From Atractiella rhizophila (lineage: Eukaryota): a DNA stretch of 39,239 nucleotides. Shown here piece after piece: positions 22,427-33,700 of the stretch (the stretch's first letter is position 1; the number at the start of each line of letters is the position of its first letter). The position numbers were made by a program, and so were the translations under genes. The stretch covers positions 124,001 to 163,239 of the forward strand of contig MU271206.1 in the NCBI GenBank assembly GCA_021432655.1, read 5' to 3'. The notes under the pieces were generated by a model. It did no database searches, was not told the DNA's origin, and was given only the letters and a program-made list of their open reading frames with translations.

Positions 22427-25042
22427 ATGTCTGGCATCCCACGTGATGAGACCGCTGAGTTCGTGAAGGCGAAGGAGTTGGAGGCTGTTGCCTACGACCC
22501 GGATAAGAAGGATGGTGCCTACTATCATGAATCGGGAACTGTGGAGGAAGCTGGTGAGTTTTGTGTTATCTTTGTGTTTGGAGGTGAAGCTGACGGAATG
22601 TTGGTGGCAAGATGCACAATATGTCTACCCCACAGAAGAAGAAAAAAGGACGCTGAGACACGTTGAGGATACTTTTCCACTTGTGAGTGGGTCCTTTTGT
22701 TTCCTAACATTATTCTGACGAGTGGAACCGCAAACGTTACATCTAACGAGTTTAAACGCAGGTCTCATACTTGATTGCCATCGTCGAGTGTGCCGAACGG
22801 TCAGCCAGCTTTTCAACAAGTTATTACTGAGCTAACTCTTCTATTTAGATTCTCCTACTACGGTTGTGTCATCGTCTTCACGAACTTCATCCAACGAAGC
22901 CTTCCACCAGGCTCCACCACGGGAGCTGGAAAGGATGCCACACAATCTGGTGCTTTGGGACAAGGACAACAAGCTGCTGTCGGATTGACTACCTTTAACT
23001 CTTTCTGGGTCTACACCTGCCCCCTCCTCGGAGGATACCTCGCCGATACCTACTGGGGAAGATACAAGACGGTTTGCATTGCCGTCGGAGTCGCTATCAT
23101 CGGTCACATCCTGCTCGTCATCAGTTCCGTCCCTTCTGTCATCAAACATCCTGATGGTGCCCTCGCTTGTTTCTCTATCGCTATCGTCATCATGGGTTTG
23201 GGTAAGTTCTATCCACCTCGAAATTCACCTTGTTTATGCGGTGGAATTGGATAGGAACTGGTGCCTTCAAGGCTACCATCTCACCTCTGGTAGCTGAACA
23301 GTACAAGCCTAAGAGCCTTCACGTGATCACAAAGAAGAGTGGTGAACGAGTTATCGTCAACCCTTACATGACCGCGACGAAGATTGTATGTTCCCCCTAC
23401 CCTATTTACAAAGTGACTAACACGTAGAATAGTACATGTACTTCTACGTGCGTTTGTTCGCTGCTGACGTTAATTATGACTGAGGGATTGCGTCTTCGAA
23501 TACATTAGCTGTTCATCAACGTCAGTTTTTCTCACCATTTTACATCATATCTGACTTCGGCTGAAGGTTGGAGCTCTTGGAGGACAAATCTCGATGGTGT
23601 ACGCTGAGAAATACGTCGGTTTCTGGCTCGCCTACCTCCTGCCAACCTGCGTCTTCCTCCTCACTCCAACTGTGCTCTTACTTGGCAAAAACCGATACGT
23701 CCGCTCTCCTCCTGAAGGATCAGTCGTCGTTGGAGCTTTCAGGCTTTGGCGTTATGCTGCTGCTAAGAAATGGAGCTGGAACCCTCGTTCGTCTTCCATT
23801 GCCCCAAGGCGTCGAGAATACCAATGTTGACGTAATGTTGATGCGTAATAGTCACTGCTTACAGGCAGATGAATACACCCGATTTCTGGGAGGATGCGAA
23901 ACCGAGCAAGATTGTTGGACCTAAGCCCACTTGGATGACCTTTGACGATGTCTGGGTTGATGAGGTTCGACGTGGTTTCAAGGCTTGCTATGTTCGTCTA
24001 CTTTGTCCCTGATTGAAGTGCAATTATTGACTGAACTTGCAGGTCTTCACTTTTTACCCTCTGTAAGCTCTTCGCTTGCAGTCTGTTCCACCATGACTAA
24101 ATCTGCTGCTCCTAAAGCTGGTGGCTTACTTATAACCAAATCAACAACAACTTGGTGTCCCAAGCTGCTGAGGTAATGACATTTCGTTTTTCTGCAATAT
24201 TCCTCGACTGACTTGGCACTAGATGGATACGAACGGTCTGCCTAACGATATCATCCAAAACTTGGATCCTCTCTTCCTCATCGTCTTCATTCCCATCTGT
24301 CAGATCATCATCTTCCCCTTCCTGAAGCGCATCGGTATCAACTTCACTCCTCTCAAGAGGATCACCGCCGGATTCTTCGTCGGAACTGGTGCCATGGTCT
24401 GTTTCCCCTTCCTCCTCCTCACTCTTACTGAACATCAAAAAAGATCTGGGCTGCCGTCGTTCAACACTATATTTATGTCAAGCACCCTTGCGGCGACCAC
24501 CCCGCTGCCTGCGAAGATCAGCATGCGCCTCTCAACGTTTGGATCCAATCTGGATCCTACGTTCTTATCGCCCTCTCCGAGATCTTCGCCTCCATCACTG
24601 GTCTCGAATACGCTTTCACTAAGGGTGAGCCCCTTCAGATATATAGTTCTATTGCACGTCTAACAATTCATTTAGCACCGAAGAACATGAGGTCCTTCGT
24701 CATGGCTTATTTCTTCTTCATGAGGTACGTAGCTGAATCCGTGTGACATAATGAATCTGACAACGTTCTAGTGGTATCGGTTCCGCCTTGAACGAAGCCC
24801 TCGTCCCTCTTTCCAAAGATCCCGAACTTGCAAGTCCTTCCCTTTCCTCACACTACCAATGCTAATGCGATCTGTAACAGGTCAAGAACTACGCCGTGGC
24901 CGGTGGTCTGTCCACCTTCGGTGGAATCTGCTTCTGGCTCTCCTTCAGGAAGTTGGATAAGCAAGAGCTCGAGCTCAACGAGATGGCTGCTGGCGAATTG
25001 GACGCCAGGCATGACGCGCCCAGCGAAGAAAAGAAGGCGTGA
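22427..25042 (+). CDS. PTR2: POT/PTR2-family di/tripeptide transporter
   Basis: Motifs: YPTEEEKRTLRHV, IAIVECAERFSYYG (ExxERF/YYG), GALGQGQQAA, PLLGGYLADTYWGRYKT, GTGAFKATISPLVAEQ, YMYFYLFINVG, NGLPNDIIQNLDP, SEIFASITGLEYAFTKAPKNMRS. Confidence 0.95.
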
Positions 25043-25353
25043 GCATGCGTGCTGTTGCTTCATCAAGTCTGTTGTATATACTATGCGATCTCTACGACGT
25101 GACGCGTAACGTATACCGGTTATTATTCGTCTTCATTTCCCCTGCGAACCTGTGCCATCACAACTTTCACCGTGATAAACGGTAGACCTGGGTAGGAGTA
25201 CCGTCGAAGATCTTGCTACAAGTCAGTACCCTTAGAAAGCTTCCAAACACACTCATGCCACGTTGGGGTATAAATTGAACTCCAAATTGCAATAAAATAG
25301 CTCCAAGCCCCCAAGAGACGTTACACAACTCCCTTCCAAACCAGACGTCCACC

Positions 25354-26059
25354 TTAACTTGGTGTTGCGCTCGCAGCTGCTCTCGCAGCTGCCATCTCGT
25401 TGAGCTTCTGTTGGTCCACCAGCATCGGCATATAGACTTGGGTCATGGCAGTCATGCTCATCCTTTTCCAAGAATACCAAAAGCAAACCTCCGACCCCCT
25501 CCCCAAAATTAAAGTGAAAAGACATACATAAGGCCTGCACTCCCAGTCTGTCCCGTCCCGAAACCTTTGATTACCATGCTCATGATAGCGAGCATGAACG
25601 AAAAGAAGGCGTATGCTCGGCCCTTGGTGAAGACCGCCATGGCGGCGAAGGCCATACAGAGCACGGAGTAAGGGTCGAACTCGCCGGATGGCGAGGAAGT
25701 AGACTTTTTTGGCAATTTGAAGGGATGGATGTTATCCCTCGTCCTAGGCTCTGTAGAAGGAAAAGTCAGAAACAATTCGCGGGTTCCACGTTTATGTTTA
25801 CGATGTGCAGGAGCAGCACACTTAATACTGCCATCCATAGGTGGTCTATGACAACAAGGAAGTATATGACTGCATTCTAGCGAAGTTCTTGCTATCATTG
25901 ATAATACGATGAACAATTTTGCTCTCAGCTTCTCAGCATTGTTCCCAACTTGCAGCAAATCAAGTGGTGCAGTCCACGTCCCCAAACGAGCATTTCTCCC
26001 GAAAACCAAACCAACGACGCACCTGAACTGTCCAGCACGGGAACTACGATGGAACTCAT
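25354..26059 (-). CDS. Asterix/PAT10 (WDR83OS, UPF0139)-like small ER membrane protein
   Basis: Exon 26059-26023 (MSSIVVPVLDSS), a 272-nt intron, exon from 25750 (EPRTRDNIHPFKLP...DPYSVLCMAFAAMAVFTKGRAYAFFSFMLAIMSM...), and a final exon MMSMTAMTQVYMP. The size, the DPRRP-like N-terminus and the Met-rich TM helices fit the family. Confidence 0.6.
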
Positions 26060-26217
26060 CTTGCACGTCTTGACCTTCCTCTGAAACCCGTCTTCCCAAG
26101 GTTCTTTCGAGCTTTCGAGGACTTCGCGTATCCTCTAGTCTCTCTGTAGTTCACGCCGAAGCGTAGTGATCGTCGCTTCCGCACAAAACGACGAAATCGA
26201 CAATTTCAGCCTTTGCG
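26060..26217. promoter_or_regulatory. Putative 158-bp bidirectional promoter
   Basis: The divergent start codons at 26059 (-) and 26218 (+) leave only 158 bp between them. Confidence 0.45.
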
Positions 26218-26905
26218 ATGCTGACACGCACCAGGGTTCCTTTGCGACTCTCGCGCAATCCACACCTCGGAGCTAGAACTGGAGTCAGGAGGGCACACAC
26301 GGAGACGCATGGCCATGGTCACCATGAAATCGCTGAAGCTAGCGCTGCAGAGAATCCTACAGAATGTTCGTCTTTTCATTTCTATCGGAATTTGCAATGG
26401 TTTAAAGGTGTTGGTCTTTTGATGGTACAGCGTTTAATACACCATTCTGGCGGAAAACTGTGCTCATAGTCGGGCTTTCATTCGCTTACTTCGAACTCGT
26501 AGACTCTTCTTCAGCCTTCTCGATTCGCTCAATGACAGCGTGCGTCTTGAATCCTCCCTCCTCATTCTCTTCGTCTCAGCATGAAGAAGCAACTGATAAT
26601 GAATATAGGGCCGCCTATCGAATCCTTCAAGAGCGTGTTCCTTCACAAGAACAACTTGCGGCAGAAGATGCTGCTTTCTACCAGAATGCCTTAAAGCAGG
26701 CAAGGAATCAGCTGATCGCCCAGACGGCGGAGAAGCCTAAGTTGCCTGTACCTGTGGCTTTCAGCTCGTGCGTCTCAAGAATTTCTTGCACAGTGCACAG
26801 GATGTTAACTCATTGGACAGGTCGTTCACAAGGGCGAGCGAGTTCAGCATACCTGCTGGTAGCCAGGTAGTCTGGGAGTCGGAAGAGAAGAAAGAAGAGG
26901 ACTAG
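26218..26905 (+). CDS. Probable mitochondrial complex I accessory subunit (NADH-ubiquinone oxidoreductase 17.8 kDa-like)
   Basis: Arg-rich presequence, His-rich HGHGHH, FNTPFWRKT followed by a single TM helix, LIAQTAEKP, and C-terminal FTRASEFSIPAG. About three short introns. Confidence 0.6.
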
Positions 26906-28053
26906 TGCTCACAAATACAGCCTTGTCAATATTATTTCGTTCAAAACCAGGAGTGTGTTATCACGTCTCTTTCACATTCAGCAACCGAAATGACCCTCTC
27001 TCTCGGAGTCGTCGAGCCTGTGTCCTATGAAGGCCAGTGTTGTGCGTGGAAAGATCCCACTGGTGTTGTGCCTGAGGACTCTCAGAGTTTTATCCTCGAG
27101 ACCATTCTCACTGCTCAATATAGCGCAATACTCTACTAGCAAGGTTCCTCAAAGCTATCATTCCAAATGGATCATTGGAAAAAGCTGATCCTGAGCTTAC
27201 TTTGGATTCCCTCCTTTCTTGCGACCTCGAAAGTAGCCACAATGAAAACGGGGCACCAAATATCTATGCATGAATCGTCTTTCGTGCCTATTGTTATACC
27301 ACAAGATTCCCAACGTCGTCCTATTATTTTGCAATGCTTCCGGTGAGAAGGAGCAACTTGGTGCAACCATGTATGGTATGAACTAAAATCAAAGTCATAG
27401 CTATTTACCTCTTTTCTCATGAAATCAATCAATTTCATTCATAGCGACTGTTCTCGCGCGTAGGGGAATTTCCAGGTGTAAGGATAAGAATAAGAGAATG
27501 TCTATGAGGCCGTGTGCTGATCTTTGTGGTTCTGAGAGGAACATTGAAATAGCAGGGATGGGTGCTCTCTTCCTACACGCGTTAACGGACAAGTTAAGCA
27601 GAAAAGAAAATCGCGCGGCCGGCGAGGCGAGTTGATGAAGCTGCCATGCTTCTTCCCACAATTTCTTCCCCAACTACGATAGATAAGATATTGAGATTTG
27701 GGACAACAAACGAATGCTTCCAACGCGTGTGTCTCACTGGAGCAAATTGGACGTGGACTCCTTCAGCACCGTGAGGCGAGAGCAGAGTTGCGTCGAATGT
27801 TGAGCAATCTGTGGTCTAGTTGACAGTTCAACGCTAGATGGAAGTTGGAAGACTGAGGAAGTGCGGGAAGGAGCCTAGAAGTACGCACGTGAGTGAGTGA
27901 GACACGCCACGCCCCTTTTCCCGGGGCGGGATGGTGGAATAACAAGAAGCTCCTTCCCACAACAACGACGAGCGAAAGCTAGTTGTCCTGCCATTTTGCT
28001 TGTGCTTCTTGCTAAAGACTCTCTTGCTCGCTCACACAATACTTGTAATCGTC

Positions 28054-30109
28054 ATGGCTGCTTATTTGAACGATCTCGTTTCACCTGTCCTATCCTGGTT
28101 TTCCACGTCAACTGATGCGACGAATACGAACGATCTGAATAGGAAGAAATTGAATATCTCACTGCCACTCGAGAGGCCCATTGCTCGAGATGTCGGCGGA
28201 GCCATCGGAGGGATAGCTGGGGCAAAGGACGGAGCGAAGGTGGAGTTTATAAGCCGTGGAGGAGGTGCCGGTTCATTTCTTCCCCTTCATAATCGCTGGT
28301 CAAGATTCCGATCGCTTTGACTGATGTTACACTAGATCCGCTGCTCCCTCTCCTTGCCTCGGCACTCCCTCGCAATCTCATCATATCCCACTCCGCCCTT
28401 CCTCCTCCTCAAGTTCAGGTGCAAAGGTATGAACGTCAATCGTCCGCTCGTCCCGACGTCAAAGCTCTCATCTCCTCCCCAATATCCACTCCTGCCTGTG
28501 CAGCCCGAAATCTTCCTCTGGCGCCACTGGTAACAGTAAATGCAACATCTCTCCCCTTGGCTCTCCGAGGATAGTACATGGGATGGAAGGAGGCTTCGAG
28601 GATTTTTGGAAGACAGGGCCTGCTATTGCGAAGAAGAAGAAGGACAAGACATCGCGTCCGATTGAAGAGGAGAAAGTCGACGAGGTGGACTTTATCGTCG
28701 TGCTCATCCGGTCGGAGGAGACAAAGAAGTTGTTCAGTGACATGGCTTGGTTCGTCTCGCAACCCTGACAACTTTCTCTTCTGCCGATATTCGAAGTGCT
28801 TGATGTTGACGTTGTGAACATGGGCAGGATTTCCGCCTCCGAATCCTGGATCCGTCGTCTCTCTTCCTCTCCACCCAGAACTATAAACCTTGATAGCGAC
28901 CTGCACCCTCGGAGTCCGATCGTCTTCAACCCTCCTGTCTGCCGAGGCGGCGCTAGTCCAGCGTCTCTCACCACCAGCGTTTACACTACGCCTCTCCGCC
29001 AAACGCACAGCTCTACGCAGATGCAACGAGGCGGCACGACTCCAATCTCCATTTCCTCTTTCTCATTTTTCTCTTCCTCATCTTCGTCTCGTTCTTCCGC
29101 TTCCTCAAGAACCACATATCTCATCACACCAAGCACTAATACAAGCCGCTCGTCCTTACCTCCTCCATCTCCATTGGGGCAACCAATCACGGAAACCTGC
29201 GAATCCGAAATTTACTGTGTTACGGAAGAAGACGAAAGTGGAGACGAGGGGTTTGAGGGAAGAGAACCGAGCGTGTGCGGTATGAAAAGAGAGAGGATCG
29301 GAAGGGTCGGATCTGAGTGGAAGGACGCGAAAGTGATGTCGCCGATTGTTTTGAAGTTTGAAGAGGGAGAGAAGAGGTGGAGGGAGATCGGAAGGGTGGA
29401 TGGCAGAAGTGTTTCAGCAACGGGGAAGGCGGAGGGAAAAGGAGGGGAGGTGGAAGTCGACATATTCTGCCATCCCCACCCCAGAAACGACCCTTCAGTC
29501 GACTCGACGTTCGATGTAAACACTGTTGAAATCGTCGAAGCGCAAGTAATCAGAATGGACGCGAAGGGACGAGTGAAGGGGATAGGATCGGATTGTGCTC
29601 TCCCTGGTTTGTGGATGGGTGAAGAGAGGGAGAGACTCCCACATTCGAGGAAGAAGACCCCGCACCTGAGTGAATTGTTCGACGAAGCGGAGCAGGATCA
29701 AGATGGGGACGGAGACTTGGAGAGCCCGCTCAAGTCCAGATCGACCAATATACCCGTTGAAAGGGACTCCATTGCCATCCCCCCTTTCGTTCCGCTCATC
29801 CCCAAGTTAAAGTCGAAGCTCAGCCACGAAGCCGCACTCGACTCAACCCCCTCATCAAAGGCTAAATTTGATAGGAAGAAAGGTTGTCAAGGGAAACTCA
29901 TCTTCCTGCTCCTCACTCCTCCACCTTCCCTGCCATCTCCCGATGATCATGCAAGCAGGGGAGAGTTAGAGCTGTGGATGAACAAGAAAGGGGTAAATGG
30001 TCAAGTCATCGAGTTGACGCATTCGATCTCAGCGACTAGCAGCGGAACAGACGTCGGAGGAGAGGAAATGAAGATGGTGGTTGAATCGCTGAAGGACCTG
30101 TTCACTTGA
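28054..30109 (+). CDS. hypothetical protein (multi-exon, Ser-rich low-complexity last exon)
   Basis: A 437-aa terminal ORF (28796-30109) is preceded by ORF segments bounded by GT/AG signals from MAAYLNDLVSPVLSWF. Internal exon boundaries are uncertain. No domain recognised. Confidence 0.5.
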
Positions 30110-30779
30110 AGACCCAATCAAACTGCAGGAATGGGATTAGTGAGGATATTAATGCCTGAGATATATACTGTAAGTAGATGTTATGCGTAATAAGTACCCA
30201 ATCACTCAGTCCCTGTTTGAACCATGAAAGACAAGACGTTCAGTTGGCATAACCCTGGGCAGAAACCAATGCGGAGGAGTACGACAGCGAAACTCATACT
30301 GTGAAGAGAAGGGAACACAAAAGTTCCTCCTACTGATCTAGTCCCCCTCGTGGTGCATTTTGCTCCTCAATATGGTGGAGATGCGCCCCCGTGGTTCATT
30401 CGTCTTCCTTACAGTTTTGGCCAATTTTTGAAGAAGAGTAAAATAATAAGCTTTGTTTAAGCCTACTCGAATCAAGGGGGTAACTAGATTAAATACATGA
30501 GCTATTCTGAGAAAGCAAAGAAAGTTGTACATAAACAATGCAATCGAATCCACTCACAATACAGCAAATCAACTTTTCCTCTCCCTCTCCTCGAATTATC
30601 CATAAATTATCTGCATTATCTCTTCGTTGAACACCCTTGTTACGATGAAGTAATTCAATGTTAATAAAAGTTTGTTCGTGTTTGCGAATAAGGTAGTTAA
30701 CGTTTCGATTGCCATTCTCCACGACGATTGATGGGACGACTCAAAGTTAAGAAGACAAAGTCATAACAAGCCATATACC

Positions 30780-33700
30780 ATGACCTCCGCTCCGCTTACG
30801 CCCTACACCCTCCAGCCGCCAAAGTATCTCCCCCCCCTCTCGCACACACTGTCTCTAGGACATCCCTCATTCCATCCGCCACAACAGGGACAGGATGAGG
30901 ACGACTCCTCACGCGATGTGGTCGCGAACGGATACGTCCGAACGCTGACCAACTCTTCAGAGAACTTCAGCGCTCACAGCATGGTCCAGAATAAGATCGA
31001 CGTACCTTTTCTTGCTGGACTGTTTGGTCAAGTCGAGAAGAGGAAGAGGGAGAAGGTGGGCGAGATCCCGTGAGTACTTGCCTATATCACTGGTCTCGCT
31101 ATCATACTCCGCCTATTGTGTATTTCTAGCTCCCCTCTCAGTTTTCTTTAGAGTATTACAGGAATATTAAGGCTGACGCGAGCCGAGCAGGAAATCAACA
31201 TTCAAACTTCCATCCAAAATTACACTCAACGAGCAAAAACGCGAATCCTGGCTTGTCGAACTCTCCAATCCTTCCGTTCCTCTGCTCAAACTTTCACGTA
31301 CGCTCCCGCACGGGTACAAAGGGGAGAAGTTACTCAGCGCCTTCCTGTCACGCTCTGTGCCACTCGAGCGAGCCCTATGGTTTATTCGTCTACACACTCT
31401 GACGGAAATTAGGAGAAGCAAAGCGCAAGGAGCGGCAGAAAAGATCGTGTTGGAGTGGACGAGGGAGGTGGGAGAGTTTATTAGGAAGCTTTTGGGTGAA
31501 ATCACCATGCCAGTGTCGGAGAAGGAGGGTGGAGCCGTAGGTAGGTTGGGAGGAAGGAGCGGTGTGACGGTTAAGAGTAAGGCTAGACATGTGCTTTTAC
31601 AGAGGGAAGAAGGGGGGAGGGAGAGGTGGAAGGCCAAATGGGTCTACGCGTTCGTCTTCCCTTCCTTCTCTCCTATTTTACACTAATTGTCGAGCCGAAT
31701 GGCAACTGATACTGAATGATCCATCTTAGAACGAACCTAGTGGACCAACTCGTGGCGGAAAATTTGCTAGATATAAGCACATACATCGAACAATCCACCC
31801 AGAACCTCCTATCCGCCAACCTCCCCCAACTCCCATTCGTCCTCCACCAGCTCCGTCATAACCTCCACATCATATCAGACAACGAATATCTGGCTCGATC
31901 CTTCGTCAATGCCACTCTCCGTAGACTTCCACAGGTCTGTCACAACCCTTGCATGACCATTCATTTTTGCTCGTAATTGACGATGCGATGTGTGGTGACA
32001 GATAGAATCCCTGCCTAACGAAGTCGGGTCGATCAAAACTTACCTTCTCTCCACCCTCCGCTACTTCATACGCACCACATTTCTGGGCTGTCCGGACGCT
32101 TTCGCCAGTCGGACGCTGTGGAATGTGCATCGCGACAGGATATGGGACGCTTTGTTTGGAAGAGGCGAAGATGGAGATGGGGAGGACGAGGAGGGTGAGG
32201 GCGGGGGAGATGGAGATGGACGGGAGGGAACCGGGTTAGAAGGGATCGATGAGGAGATGCTGCTCGTTTTGGAGGAGGATTGGGAGACATTAGAGGATAG
32301 AGTGCGTGTCGGAGAGGCGGACGTGTGGAGAGAGAGAGAGAGAGAACTAGTCTCAGTCCGTCTGCTTCCTTCCTTTGCCCAATCATCTCAAATATTCATA
32401 CTTTGGGCATGTCACAGGCCCTAGACGCCTTCAACACCGAGACAGACCTGGATAAGCTCTTCGACACATTCTTCTCCCCGTCGGCAACATCCTCGACATC
32501 CGTGTCATCGACACCACCTCCGCCATCGACCATCACGATCGGAAGTGGCGGCGGAAGCAGGGAGATTGCGCTGCTCCTCTCTTTCTCACTCACTCCTCAC
32601 CGCACCCGCCCCTTCCGTCGCTACCTAGCTGGGACTCTGCTCTCCCGTCTACCCTCTGCCCCCGTGCACGAAGCTCTTAAAGCCTTCTTCACAAGTCATC
32701 CTAGTGACAGTTGGACGTCGATATCGAGGGAGAGAGATAAGGAGATGATCCAACTGGCCTCCGAGCTGATCCGTAGGCGGGTGCTCGAGCTAGGAAAGTT
32801 GGCATCGTTGCGATCGAACGGAGGAGGGTTGAGGGAGATGTTGAAGTGTTTACCGGTTCATGGAATGGGAAGGGAGGCACCTAAGATGTTGGAAGTCTTT
32901 TTACATGAAGAAGAGTTTAAGGAGGCGAGGATGGCGGCCGAAAAGGAGACGAAGGAACTCAGAGCCTGGCTTAGAGGTGCTTTGCCAAATATTTTCGGCG
33001 GTACGTCCTATTCGCGCTCACTCTTCATTTGATTCCAACGTCCTCCGATGTGTGCCTGCGGGTGTGAGTTTAATGTGCTAAAATCGTGGTCTAGCACCGA
33101 ATTGGCTGGGGAGGGAGAAGGGAAGTAAGGAGAGCGCAGAAGCCCTTGTCAAGAAGTTGAAGTGTGCGAACCCTGCTGCGGCCAGTAAAGCGCTATGGGT
33201 CACTATGCTTCCTGAAGTAAAGAAAGCAGTATTGCCCGCTAGGTACGCCTCTGAATGGGAGGGCTCGGACCTGAAAAGACTAGTCCTAGTGATGATGGAC
33301 CGTCCAAAGTCGTCGTTTCCAACGAAGATTTCATCGTCCTTGTCGATTGCGGTACGGCCGTTGAGGACTTTCATTGGCTTTTGGAGGCGCGTTCTAATTC
33401 CCAATCGTGTGCTATACACCCATTCATTGTCTCATTACTACAGTTGCTCCTGTTCTTCCTCAAACATCCACCTGACGAACCTTTCGTCCCTCTCATCATT
33501 GCCATTCTGGACGCGCACATACTCACGTTTAAAGCCATGAATGAGCAAAAGAGGGTAGTTACGGCTTTGTTGGATTCGTTCAGGTTCTGGAAATCCAGAG
33601 GGAAGATTCATCGCGCCACGGTCAGACTATTGGACAGGTTGGGAGAAGAACATCAAGAGGTCAAGGAAGCGGTTAGGAGCACGTTTCTGGTATTCTTTTC

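Noticed and set aside
1..25042. Secondary-metabolite or nutrient gene cluster (Zn2Cys6 TF plus MFS, ABCC and PTR2)
   Set aside because: No biosynthetic or catabolic enzyme is present, and the transporters are interspersed with unrelated housekeeping genes.
26940..27960. Short ORFs, possible pseudogene remnant
   Set aside because: No recognisable homology or consistent splicing pattern.
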